This document shows, piece after piece, positions 42,812-53,235 of a stretch of 61,715 nt of DNA (position 1 is the first letter of the stretch; the number at the start of each line of letters is the position of its first letter). Under the pieces are notes generated by a model. It did no database searches, had not been told where the DNA came from, and saw only the letters and a list, made by a program, of their open reading frames with translations. The DNA lies in assembly GCA_017479865.1 (NCBI GenBank), contig JAFVBS010000020.1:1-61715 (forward strand), written 5' to 3'. The translations under genes and the position numbers were made by a program. Origin of the DNA: Clostridia bacterium (GTDB lineage: Bacteria > Bacillota > Clostridia > TANB77 > CAG-508).

Positions 42812-43189
42812 TTACTCCTTTAAATCGTTCTCATGTTTAAATCCAAATACCATAACAGCATAGAATATTGGCATCATATCTTTTCCAAGTTCTGTAAAAG
42901 AATATTCAACATGAGGTGGTATCTCATTAAATTGTTGTCTTTTGATTAATCCATCATCTTCAAGTTCTCTTAAAGTTGTTGTTAGCATTGTATTTGTAAT
43001 TTCAGGAATATCTTTTTTTATTTGTCCAAATCTAACAGTATCATACACGCAAAATTCATATAATACTTGAGATTTCCATTTTCCTTGCAAAACTTTTAAT
43101 ACAGGTGTTACAGGACATTTCCCATCTTTAGTTAGGATTCCTTCTTTGACTTTTACTAAATATTCTTCATAAGACATTATATTTTTCAT
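42812..43189 (-). CDS. HxlR-family winged-helix regulator
   Basis: CPV, GKWK, LRELE.DGLI, PPHVEYS.T..G motifs. Confidence 0.92.
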   Translation of the reverse strand: MKNIMSYEEYLVKVKEGILTKDGKCPVTPVLKVLQGKWKSQVLYEFCVYDTVRFGQIKKDIPEITNTMLTTTLRELEDDGLIKRQQFNEIPPHVEYSFTELGKDMMPIFYAVMVFGFKHENDLKE

Positions 43190-43310
43190 TATACACTCCT
43201 TTAGTACACTTTTTATACTATGAAAGTATTTCCTACGTACTTGATTTATAAATTATTTTTGGTATAATAATTATACTATATAAAAATAAAATGTCAAGAA
43301 GGGATAAAAT

Positions 43311-45816
43311 ATGAGTAGAATAGAAAGAAATATACCAGAATATATGGAAGTTAGAGGAGCTAAAGCCAATAATTTAAAAAATATAGATGTAGATATACCT
43401 TTAAACAAATATGTAGCAATTTGTGGTGTATCAGGTTCAGGGAAAAGTACTCTTGCAACAGATGTATTATATGCAGAAGGTTCAAGAAGATATTTACAAG
43501 CACTTTCTACATATACCAGAAGGAGAATAGGACAAACAGCAAGACCAAATGTTGATTCAATACACTTTTTACCAAGTTCAATAGCACTTCGCCAAAGACC
43601 AACAGTCCCAAGTGTAAGAAGTACAGTAGGAACAATGAGCGAGGTATTAAATATTCTTCGTTTGTCATTTTCAAGATTAGGTTCTCACGTGTGTCCAAAT
43701 GGACACAGAATAGAGCCCAATTTAGATGTTGCACAAATAGGAGAAATGACTTGCCCTGAATGTGGTATTAAATTTAATCCACCATCAGCTGAAGATTTTG
43801 CATTTAATTCTATGGGGGCTTGCACTACTTGTCATGGAACAGGAGAGGTTGAAACAATAAATGAAGATGCTTTGATTGATGATGAAAATAAAACAATTCG
43901 TGAGGGGGCAGTAGCAGGTTGGAAAGTTCCTGGATCATTCTTCTATGTTCCAGCAGCAGAGGTGATAGGAATACCTGTTGATATACCATATAAAGACTTA
44001 ACAGATGAGCAAAAAGATTTTGTTTTACATGGAGTAAAAGAGGAGAGAGTGCCAGTGCATGTATCTGACAGTAAAGGAAAATGGTACGATATGACAGCAC
44101 AATACTTAAATGCAGCAGATGCAGTTGCTCATACATATAACAAAACAGAAAGTGAAAAAAATAGAGCAAAACTTGCAGAACAATTTTATCATGTAGATGT
44201 ATGTCCAGAGTGTCATGGTAGTAGATTTAAACCAAGCCTTATGCAATCACTATTAAATGGAAAAACAATAGCAGAAGTATCAGAACTATCTTTAAAAGAT
44301 TTATATGAATTTGCAGAAAATGTACCAGGTTCATTACCAGAAAGAGTTAAGCCTATTGGGGAAAAACTAATGCAAGAGCTTGAAGATGGGGTAAAACCAC
44401 TTTTAGAATTAGGACTATCATATTTATCACTAGAGCGTGGAGGAGGTACACTTTCAACAGGAGAATTGCAAAGAATACAATTAGCAAGAACATTAAAAAA
44501 TGAAACAACAGGAGTATTATATGTTTTAGATGAACCATCAATAGGACTACACCCTATGAATGTTGAAGGATTAGTAAATGTATTTAATCGTTTGTTAGAA
44601 CAGGGCAATTCTTTGGTTGTGGTAGATCACGATACAGATATTTTATCGAAAGCAGACTGGATGATAGAAATGGGACCTGGTGCTGGAGAACATGGTGGAA
44701 CTATTATATCTGAAGGAGAAATAGATAAAGTATTAGATAATAAAAGTTCAATTATAAAAGGTTTCTTAAATGGAAAAGCAGATTTGATTGTGCGTGATAA
44801 TAAAAAAGAAAATAAAACACAAGATATAAAATTAAGTATAAATGAAATATATACTCTAAAAGATTTAGAAGTTAGTTTTCCAGTAGGAAAATTAACAGCA
44901 GTTACAGGAATGTCAGGAAGTGGAAAATCTACACTTGTATTAGATTGTTTAGTACCTGCTATGACAGCAAAATTGCAAAATAAAAAGATGCCGACATATA
45001 TAGAAAAAATTGATACATCAACAATAAAAAGAGTTGTAACAGTTGATGCTACTCCAGTTGGAAAAAATGTAAGGTCAACAGTTGCAACATATTCAGGAAT
45101 TTTAGATGATATAAGACCTTTATTTGCAGAAACAAAAGAGGCAAAGAAAATATGGAGCAAGTTATTTTTCATATAATTTGAGAGATGGGGTTTGTGGGAC
45201 TTGTTCAGGAACAGGAAAGGTAAATTTAGATATTCAATATTTACCAGATATGGAATTAACTTGTCCAGATTGTCAAGGAAAAAGATATTCAGAAGAAACA
45301 CTTGAAATATTATGGAATGAAAGAAATATTGCTGATGTTTTAGATCTAACTATTGAAAAAGCATTAGATGTATTTAAAGATATACCATCAATTTATAGAA
45401 AACTAGATTCTTTAGCAGGACTAGGACTTGGCTATTTAAAACTTGGTGAGCCAACACCAGATTTATCAGGTGGAGAGGCACAAAGATTAAAGCTAGTTTC
45501 AGAGATTGGAAAGAATCAAAAAGGAACATTATTTGTGTTTGATGAACCAACAACAGGTTTGCATCCAAAAGATATAAGAAAACTTTTAAATGTATTAGAT
45601 ATTTTAATAAAATCAGGTGGAACAGTAATTGTAATTGAACACGATTTAGATATGATTTCCAATGCAGATTATTGTATTGACATGGGACCTGGAGGAGGAA
45701 TAGATGGTGGAAAAATACTAACTAAAGGAACTCCAGAAGAAATATGTAAATGTAAGGAAAGCCATACAGGAAAATATTTAAGTAAGTATGTAAAAAAATA
45801 CGGATATAATTGGTAG
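43311..45816 (+). CDS. UvrA-like (class II / DrrC-type) ABC ATPase, frameshifted near 45147-45151
   Basis: GVSGSGKS, LSTGELQR, LDEPSIGLHP, GMSGSGKS, LSGGEAQR, DEPTTGLH motifs; short form lacking the UvrB-binding insert. Confidence 0.85.
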
Positions 45817-45829
45817 AAAAGGGAGAAAA

Positions 45830-47152
45830 ATGAAAAATATTAATATTTTTGAAGATAGTAATGATTTAAAACAAGCTCCACTTGCAAGCAGAATGCGACC
45901 TTTAAAACTAGATGAGGTAGTAGGACAACAACATATAATAGGAAAAGATAAATTACTTTATAGAGCAATACAAGCAGATAGACTAGAATCTATCATATTA
46001 TATGGACCTCCTGGAACTGGAAAAACAACTATTGCAAAAGTAATTGCAAATACAACGGATTCGTATTTTAGCAAGTTAAATGCTACTAATGCAGGAATAA
46101 AAGATGCAGAGGCTGTTATAAAAGATGCCAAATTTAATTATGGTGCATATAAGAAGAAAACAATCCTATTTATAGATGAGATCCATAGATTTAATAAAAA
46201 TCAACAAGACTTTTTACTACCTTATGTTGAAGATGGTATAGTAACCTTAATTGGGGCAACTACTGAAAATCCATATTTTGAGGTTAATAATGCTCTACTT
46301 TCAAGATGTAGAATATTTGAATTAAAACCATTGGAAAAGGCAGATTTAATAAAGCTAATGGAAAGGACATTGACAGATAAAGAAAGAGGTCTAGGAGATG
46401 CTAATATAGTAATTGATGATGATGCAAAAGAATTTTTAGCAGATATGGCAAATGGAGATGCTAGAAGTGTATTAAATGCTTTGGAATTAGCATTTCTTAC
46501 AACAAAACCAGAAAAAGATGGAAATTTTCATATTACACTTTCTGTTGCAGAGGAGTGTATTCAGAAAAAGGCTATAAGATATGATACAAATGGAGATAAC
46601 CATTATGATGCAATTTCTGCTTTTATAGAATCCATGAAACATACTGAACCAGATGCAACATTATATTATTTAGCAAGAATGCTAGTAGCAGGAGAAGATA
46701 TAAAATATATTGCAAGAAGAATATGTGTATGTGCTTCTGAAGATGTGGGGCTTGCAAATTCACAAGCATTAGAAGTTGCAACAACTGCTATGCTTGCAGC
46801 CGAACGAATAGGAATGCCAGAGGCTGCAAAAATTCTTGCTCATGCAGCACTATATGTTTGCTGTTCTCCAAAATCTAATACAGTATATGGAATTACTTAT
46901 GCAATGAAAGATGTAGAAAAAACAGGTAATATACCAATTCCACCATTCCTGCAAGATGCAAGTTATAAAAATGCCTATAAGCTAGGTAGAGGAATAGGAT
47001 TAGATAATATACACTCATTTCCAAATCATTATTCAGGAAAACCATGTATGCCAGAAGAATTAAAGGCCAAACATTACTTTAAATTATCAGGAACAGGAAA
47101 TGAAAAGAAAATACAAGAATTTTTAGACTATTTGAAAGAAAATTTAAAATAG
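45830..47152 (+). CDS. rarA: Replication-associated recombination protein RarA/MgsA
   Basis: PLASRMRP, GPPGTGKTT, DEIHRFNK, GATTENP and HYD.ISAF motifs. Confidence 0.93.
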   Translation: MKNINIFEDSNDLKQAPLASRMRPLKLDEVVGQQHIIGKDKLLYRAIQADRLESIILYGPPGTGKTTIAKVIANTTDSYFSKLNATNAGIKDAEAVIKDAKFNYGAYKKKTILFIDEIHRFNKNQQDFLLPYVEDGIVTLIGATTENPYFEVNNALLSRCRIFELKPLEKADLIKLMERTLTDKERGLGDANIVIDDDAKEFLADMANGDARSVLNALELAFLTTKPEKDGNFHITLSVAEECIQKKAIRYDTNGDNHYDAISAFIESMKHTEPDATLYYLARMLVAGEDIKYIARRICVCASEDVGLANSQALEVATTAMLAAERIGMPEAAKILAHAALYVCCSPKSNTVYGITYAMKDVEKTGNIPIPPFLQDASYKNAYKLGRGIGLDNIHSFPNHYSGKPCMPEELKAKHYFKLSGTGNEKKIQEFLDYLKENLK

Positions 47153-47154
47153 AA

Positions 47155-47429
47155 TTGGAGCAATACCCATTGTATAAAAAGATTATAAGAAACTTAACAG
47201 GAATAACAGATGAAATGGTAAAAGATGCAGAAGAATTGGAAAATGTATTATTGCAATTTAAAGAATTTTTGAAAGATGACATTATTATAGGTCATAATGT
47301 TAATTTTGATGTGGATTTCTTGTATGACAATTTTCTAAATGTATTAAACGAACCATTATCAAATGACTTTGTGGATACATTAAGAATTTCAAGAAAGTTA
47401 CTGCCAGAACTGGATCATCATAAACTAGA
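47155..47429 (+). pseudogene. Internal fragment of a DEDDh 3'-5' exonuclease (PolC/DnaQ-like)
   Basis: LTGITDEMV, GHNVNFD, DTL..SR, HKL; lacks the N-terminal DxE and C-terminal H..D motifs. Confidence 0.7.
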
Positions 47430-47552
47430 CAAGGAATGCCAATAGAGTTAGTACAACATTTACTTGGACATACTAAAATAGATACTACATTACACTATGC
47501 AATGGTTAATCAAAATAATGTTAAGATATCGCATAGAAAAAATATTTGTTAA
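47430..47552 (+). pseudogene. C-terminal fragment of a tyrosine recombinase
   Basis: QGMPIELVQHLLGHTKIDTTLHYAMV (box II LLGH plus catalytic Tyr). Confidence 0.8.
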
Positions 47553-47692
47553 ATTTATTCCGAAAAAGTAAATAAAATTGATTTTTGCGAAATATATCAT
47601 AAAAACAAGAAAATAAAACAAATTCGCAAAAATAGAATAAGTTGACATTTGCGAAATGAAAATGTATAATATACTTGAGGTGAAGATTAATT

Positions 47693-48892
47693 ATGAAATT
47701 GATAAAACGAACATATTTAGATGAATTAATAAAAATAATTGGAACACCAGATATAAAGGTTATAACAGGTGTAAGACGTTGTGGAAAATCAAAATTATTA
47801 GAAGCTTTCAGAAAATATATAAAAGAAAATATTGATGACTACAATATAATAGATATAAACTTTAACATGCCAATGTTTGAGAAATTAATGGAATATCATA
47901 AATTATATGATTATGTAGAAAAAAAATATATTGAAGGAAAAAGAAACTTTTTGCTAATTGATGAAGTTCAAATGTGCAAAGGATTTGAAAGAGCAATAAA
48001 TGGTTTTCATGCTGAAGAAAAGTATGATATATATATAACAGGTTCAAATGCTTTTTTATTAAGTAGCGATTTAGCAACATTATTTACAGGCAGAACTTAT
48101 GAAATAGAAATATATCCATTTTCATTTAAAGAATATGTAGAGTATTTTAAACCAAAAGATATACAAGAAGCTTTTGATAAATATTTTTTTGAAGGTGGAA
48201 TGTCAGGAGCTTATGTATATGAAGAAGATAAACAAAAATATAACTATTTAAATGATGTATATAATGCTTTAATTGTAAGAGACATACAACAAAAATATAA
48301 TATACAAAATATTGAATTAATGAATAGTTTAAGTGAGTTTTTAATGGATAATATATCTGACTTAACTTCATATAGAAGTATTGCAGGTAAATTAAATGAT
48401 AATAATGTAAATACTAATGATAAAACTATAGCAAGTTATATTAAATATTTATGTGATGCTTTTGCATTTTATAAAATTAGAAGATATGATATACAAGGAA
48501 AGAAGTATTTATCAACGATAGATAAATATTATTTATCAGATCATGCTTTTAAATTTGCTAAATTAGGAACAAAAGATGTAAATTATGGAAGAGTATATGA
48601 AAATATAGTTGCTATCGAATTATTACGTAGAGGTTATGAAGTATATGTTGGAACATTGTATAATAAAGAAATTGATTTTGTGGCAATGAAAAGAAATGAA
48701 AAAATATATATTCAAGTAGCTGATAATATTGATTATGAAGACACATTAAGTAGAGAAGTCACACCATTATTACAAATTAGAGATGCATATCCTAAAATTA
48801 TAATAGCTAGAACTAGACATGATGATTATTCGTATGAAGGAATTAAAATAAAAGATATTGCTAATTGGTTAGCAAGTGAAGAACAAGGCTAA
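47693..48892 (+). CDS. AAA+ ATPase (AAA_14 plus DUF4143-like)
   Basis: GVRRCGKS, IDEVQ, TGSN, ENIV, EIDFVA..YIQV motifs; promoter TTGACA-17-TATAAT at 47642-47670. Confidence 0.9.
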   Translation: MKLIKRTYLDELIKIIGTPDIKVITGVRRCGKSKLLEAFRKYIKENIDDYNIIDINFNMPMFEKLMEYHKLYDYVEKKYIEGKRNFLLIDEVQMCKGFERAINGFHAEEKYDIYITGSNAFLLSSDLATLFTGRTYEIEIYPFSFKEYVEYFKPKDIQEAFDKYFFEGGMSGAYVYEEDKQKYNYLNDVYNALIVRDIQQKYNIQNIELMNSLSEFLMDNISDLTSYRSIAGKLNDNNVNTNDKTIASYIKYLCDAFAFYKIRRYDIQGKKYLSTIDKYYLSDHAFKFAKLGTKDVNYGRVYENIVAIELLRRGYEVYVGTLYNKEIDFVAMKRNEKIYIQVADNIDYEDTLSREVTPLLQIRDAYPKIIIARTRHDDYSYEGIKIKDIANWLASEEQG

Positions 48893-48964
48893 ATATTGTA
48901 ATCTTGCGAACAAGTTGAAAAAAGAAAAAAGTAATTTTTAAGTATGAAAGGAAGTTATGAAATT

Positions 48965-49366
48965 ATGAATAATGAAGAAAAAAATATTGTTGAAGGTATT
49001 ATAAGAGAAGGAGCAAAATCTTTTTCTGGAGATGAAAGTACAAAACATTGGACTGATGATACAATATGGTTTGATGCAGCACCAGTGGCAACAAAAGGAA
49101 TAGAAAAAGCAAAGAAAATATTTGATGATGCTTTTGGAAGTTTAACATCTTGTGATGTAGAAATTTTGGATATGAGAACATTTATAAATGGTAATTCTGC
49201 ACTTGTTTGCTCTGTTCAAAAATGGGTAACAGTAAGTAAAGATAATCAAGAGGCATCATTTATGATGAGGCAGACTGATTATTTAGAAAAAAGAAATGGA
49301 GAATGGAAAATTATTCACGAACATACTTCAATGGCAGATGGATGGGATGGAAAGATTGAAGAATAG
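48965..49366 (+). CDS. SnoaL/NTF2-like protein
   Basis: R.T...EKRNGEWKIIHEHTS C-terminal motif. Confidence 0.85.
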   Translation: MNNEEKNIVEGIIREGAKSFSGDESTKHWTDDTIWFDAAPVATKGIEKAKKIFDDAFGSLTSCDVEILDMRTFINGNSALVCSVQKWVTVSKDNQEASFMMRQTDYLEKRNGEWKIIHEHTSMADGWDGKIEE

Positions 49367-49407
49367 TCAAACACAAATTACAATTTTATTGAAAAAATAA
49401 AACTGCC

Positions 49408-49677
49408 TCATTGCATATATAAAATAATTTTATATAATTTTTGCTTCATAAGTATATCATATCTTGCTTTTGCTTGTTTATCTGTATCAACGATATGTTT
49501 TCTTAATGTTCCATCCATAAACATTATAGTATAATCAGCCTTTTTATATTTTTTCAAATATTCTAGTCTTAAATGACCGTACTTTCCAATATGATAATTT
49601 TTTTCGTATTCATTTTCTGCTAAATATAAGTCTGGAATAAAATAATCTCCTTCTCTATGATAAGTTATTTCTCTCAT
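49408..49677 (-). pseudogene. Truncated TnpV-like protein
   Basis: Near-identical to the first 70 or so residues of 61135-61497, then diverges and stops. Confidence 0.8.
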
Positions 49678-49996
49678 AACTCAAAACCTCCTAAAATCTA
49701 TTTTCGCTACAAAATGAATTAGAATTTTATATTATATCAAACTATCCAAATATCAATAAAATAAGGAAGAACCTCATAAGAACAATTTTGTCCTTATTTA
49801 AGTTCTCCCGTATCACTATCTTTTTATTTGATACCTAATAGTAAATATCAATCAAAATTTATTAAATGATTAAAATCTTTTACAAAAATAAAATTAATTG
49901 ATTTCATATCATAATTTCAATCTTAAAAAATAAAAAAGCGAGAAAAATGTCAAAAAAAGATAAAATAACCTCAGAGTTCAAGCTGAGGGGAAAAAG

Positions 49997-50617
49997 ATGA
50001 TAGATAAATTTTGTGATTTTATATCAGCAAAAATAAAAAATAGTGTAGAAAACTTAGATGAAGAAAGAGAACTAGTTATCGACTTTGGGGTAAGGCTTAT
50101 TTTTGGAGAATTGCCCAAAATCATCTTGCTTTTTATCATTGGTTTTCTACTAGGAATAGGATGGTATACTCTTCTCATGTTCCTATTACTTGCCCCATAT
50201 AGGAGTTTTACAGGTGGATTTCACTTAAAAACCCATTGGGGATGCATGATTACAACTACTCTTTTATATATAGGTCCAATTGCTTTAGCAAAAATTACAC
50301 CAATGTCATTACCATATGTCAAATATGGAATTGCAACATTAATTGGTATCATGTCAATTGTGCTTATTACGAAATATGCACCAGCAGATACAGAAAATAT
50401 TCCTATCTTGAGCAAAAAGGAGAGAAAAAACAAAAAAATTAAGGCATATATAGCACTTGTGGTATTACTTACTATTAGCCTACTTGCTCCAGATAAAATC
50501 ATTACCTATATGCTTTTCTATGGAATGTTTTTACAAAATTTAACTATTACACCAATTGCTTATCAACTAACCAACAGTAAACATGGCTATGAAGTATATA
50601 CAGAAGAAACCATTTAA
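49997..50617 (+). CDS. agrB: Accessory gene regulator B
   Basis: R.FTGGFH....GC and YAPADT motifs; multiple TM helices. Confidence 0.92.
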   Translation: MIDKFCDFISAKIKNSVENLDEERELVIDFGVRLIFGELPKIILLFIIGFLLGIGWYTLLMFLLLAPYRSFTGGFHLKTHWGCMITTTLLYIGPIALAKITPMSLPYVKYGIATLIGIMSIVLITKYAPADTENIPILSKKERKNKKIKAYIALVVLLTISLLAPDKIITYMLFYGMFLQNLTITPIAYQLTNSKHGYEVYTEETI

Positions 50618-50680
50618 CTTGTTAATAATGCATTTTGCCGGCAAATGCTTATTATAGAAAAAATTTAAGGAGGTACACAA

Positions 50681-50800
50681 ATGTTAAAATTATTAGCAAA
50701 AGTAGCAGAAAAATATGCAAAGGCAACTAATACTGCATGCTTTATTATAGGACTTGTTCATCAACCAAAAATGCCTGCATCTTTAATAAAAAAAGATTAA
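50681..50800 (+). CDS. agrD: AgrD cyclic peptide precursor (MLKLLAKVAEKYAKATNTACFIIGLVHQPKMPASLIKKD); not in the ORF track
   Basis: AAGGAGG RBS; amphipathic leader, Cys, HQPKMP tail; directly after agrB. Confidence 0.9.
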   Translation: MLKLLAKVAEKYAKATNTACFIIGLVHQPKMPASLIKKD

Positions 50801-50868
50801 TTTCAAAAATGGTTTGATAAATAACAAAATAAATATAATATTTCCTTAAAACAAAAAACGACAAAATG

Positions 50869-50897
50869 TAGAAGCCTAATAGTAGGCTTCTATTTTT
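50869..50897. terminator. Terminator between convergent agrBD and agrAC
   Basis: TAGAAGCCTA / TAGGCTTCTA stem. Confidence 0.7.
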
Positions 50898-52251
50898 AAT
50901 AATAAATTTCAAATTGTTGCTTAAAATATTCTTCATTTTTAGTCGTATATAAATTCAGGTGATTATTCTTCTTTAAAATTTGGCGAATTTCCCATAAACC
51001 TAATCCACTATTAGTTTCTTTTGATTTTGTCGAATAGGCTTTTTGAAAAATTTGATCAATATCAATGTTTTTATTTAGATAAGTATTTTCAATGACCATT
51101 ACTAAACGGTGGCGATTTTCTTCTTTGCGGTATGTTACATGAATTACTTTTTGCTTGCATTCGCTAGCTGCTTCAATAGCATTGTCTAATAAAATTCCTA
51201 AAATTCTGGTAAATTCATAAATTTTCATATGTGTTTCAATTTCATTCAAATCCATAAAAATACCAAGGTTAATTTGAATTCCCATTTCATCTGCTTTATG
51301 ATATTTGTCAGCCATTACATTGTAAATAGCAGGATTATTAATGACATTTGGGCTTAGGGCAGTTAAGTTATTAACGCGGTTACAATCTTGCAATAATTGC
51401 TCATAGTACTTTTTTAAGCCTGGCAAATCTTCTCGGTCAATATAGCCTCCAATACCTTGTACAATATTATGAAAATCATGTTTAAATCCTCTCATTGTAT
51501 CATGCAAAATTATTAAAGTTTTGTTGTGAAGCTGTGCTTCTTCTAAATCGCGAGAAGTAGTATCTAATTTACTAGTACTAAGTATGCTATAAATATTCAT
51601 AATAAAGTAACCAAGTAAACTAACCATACTAATAATGGTGATGACGATAGGCATTTTATCACTATAAAAAGCCATAATAGCAAATTGAGTACCAATAGCA
51701 ACAAGACCTAGAATAGTAGTAAAAATAAACAAAATTTTATTCTTTTTTGTCATTGCATCTAAATTAATATGAAATTTGCCATATTTAATTATTCTATATA
51801 ACAAATAAATGGATAAGTAAATTGAGAGAGTAAATGCAATTCTGATAAGTGGTACATACATTACTGATTCATAAGGTGTTTTAAAAGCAGTCAGATATAG
51901 TTTAAGCAAAAATAATTCTGATACTGAAGCAATGCCATACATGATAAAAACAGCGATAAAAGATTTTAACCAAGAAGTTTTTAAAACAAATTTAACTAAT
52001 AACACTAAAGATAGCATATTAATAAAAATTCCGTATGGATCAGGAATAAGATTTCTAGTTATTGCAGCAACAATACTGATAGTAATAACATAGATAATAG
52101 TCCTTTTTTTAGTAGAGTGAATATCAAGAATAGTAGTGAATAACAACATACTAACAATTGCATCTACAAAGAAAAAAGGAATACATAAAATTAAAGACAG
52201 TTGCTCATTCTGCGTTGTCAATGCCGTCCAAATTGTTTGAAGAAATTCCAT
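50896..52251 (-). CDS. agrC: AgrC-type membrane histidine kinase
   Basis: Multiple TM helices; FKHDFHN, ILLDNAIEA, STK and GLGL motifs; GGAGG RBS before ATG 52251. Confidence 0.88.
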   Translation of the reverse strand: MEFLQTIWTALTTQNEQLSLILCIPFFFVDAIVSMLLFTTILDIHSTKKRTIIYVITISIVAAITRNLIPDPYGIFINMLSLVLLVKFVLKTSWLKSFIAVFIMYGIASVSELFLLKLYLTAFKTPYESVMYVPLIRIAFTLSIYLSIYLLYRIIKYGKFHINLDAMTKKNKILFIFTTILGLVAIGTQFAIMAFYSDKMPIVITIISMVSLLGYFIMNIYSILSTSKLDTTSRDLEEAQLHNKTLIILHDTMRGFKHDFHNIVQGIGGYIDREDLPGLKKYYEQLLQDCNRVNNLTALSPNVINNPAIYNVMADKYHKADEMGIQINLGIFMDLNEIETHMKIYEFTRILGILLDNAIEAASECKQKVIHVTYRKEENRHRLVMVIENTYLNKNIDIDQIFQKAYSTKSKETNSGLGLWEIRQILKKNNHLNLYTTKNEEYFKQQFEIYY

Positions 52252-52951
52252 GATTAAATACCTCCATAAATTGGTTTTTATATTTCGGACCAATATAGCA
52301 CTTATTCTCTAAGTGGTGGTCTAAATAGATAATGTTATTGCCTGCTTCAACGTTGGTTATTTTATCAACGTTCACAATGTAGGATTTATGACATTGTATA
52401 AATTGCTCCGGAAGTTGTGGCAAAATTCTCTTAAAAGAGCTGTAAGTTTCATAATCTCTTGTATCGGTGTGAAAAATCACTTTCATCCCATCTTTTTGAA
52501 TATATTGAATAGTATCTTGCTTGATAATGGTTCTGTTATTATCTAATCTAACAAATTGTGTTTCGTCCCCATTTATATCTTCTACTAGTCGACAAACTGT
52601 TTCCTCTAATCTTTCTATTGTAATAGGCTTTGGCAAGTAATCAAAAGTTTTATATCGATATGCCACAAAACCATATTCTAAATGAGCAGTGGTAAAGATA
52701 ATATACATGTTTTTATCTTTTTCACGAATTTTATTGGCAATATCTAATCCTGACATATCAGATTTCAAATCAATATCTAAGAAAACGGCATGAACCTTAT
52801 GACGAGATACATAGTTTAATACCTCTTCAGGGTTGGTAGTACTACATACAATTTGAGCATCAATATTGTGATTAATAAAAACAGAATCTAACATTTTTTC
52901 TAATTTTCTTAATACATTTAAATTGTCATCGCATAAAGCAAAATTCAACAT
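52205..52951 (-). CDS. agrA: LytTR response regulator, AgrA-type
   Basis: Receiver domain FLDIDL and YLPKP; LytTR FIQCHKSYIVN. Confidence 0.9.
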   Translation of the reverse strand: MLNFALCDDNLNVLRKLEKMLDSVFINHNIDAQIVCSTTNPEEVLNYVSRHKVHAVFLDIDLKSDMSGLDIANKIREKDKNMYIIFTTAHLEYGFVAYRYKTFDYLPKPITIERLEETVCRLVEDINGDETQFVRLDNNRTIIKQDTIQYIQKDGMKVIFHTDTRDYETYSSFKRILPQLPEQFIQCHKSYIVNVDKITNVEAGNNIIYLDHHLENKCYIGPKYKNQFMEVFNHGISSNNLDGIDNAE

Positions 52952-52991
52952 ATTTTATCCTCCGTACAGTAAGTGATTACTGAAAAAATAA

Positions 52992-52998
52992 TTCGACA
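52992..52998 (-). promoter_or_regulatory. Possible Spo0A box upstream of agrA
   Basis: TGTCGAA on the minus strand between the promoter (TTGACA-17-TATATT, 53068-53040) and the start codon. Confidence 0.4.
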
Positions 52999-53235
52999 AT
53001 ATCTAACAGAATTACCCAAAATTTTCCAGTAACGATATTAAATATAATTCAAAAGAAACATCTTGTCAAGAGATTTCAAAAAATAATTACGCTAGGGCAT
53101 TTATTATTACGTAGGAAAGTGTAACTTCTCTGGGCAGTAAGGCTTGGCTTTATAGGACACATGAAATTTTGTTCTTTACAAATTTTGTGTCCAATGATAT
53201 AATGAGCGAAAGGTTTTAATAAAAAGAGGCATGAA

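Larger units (their letters stand above)
42737..49809. mobile_element. AT-rich integrated island (hxlR, uvrA-like, rarA, decayed exonuclease and integrase, AAA ATPase, SnoaL, tnpV-like)
   Basis: Codon usage shifts to ATA/AGA; related AATAAGGACAA-core hairpins at both ends in inverted orientation; integrase and TnpV remnants. Confidence 0.6.

Noticed and set aside
45141-45160. uvrA-like frameshift as part of the CGGA pattern
   Set aside because: No CGG at the junction; it lies in an A-rich run in a foreign island and is better explained by decay or sequencing error.
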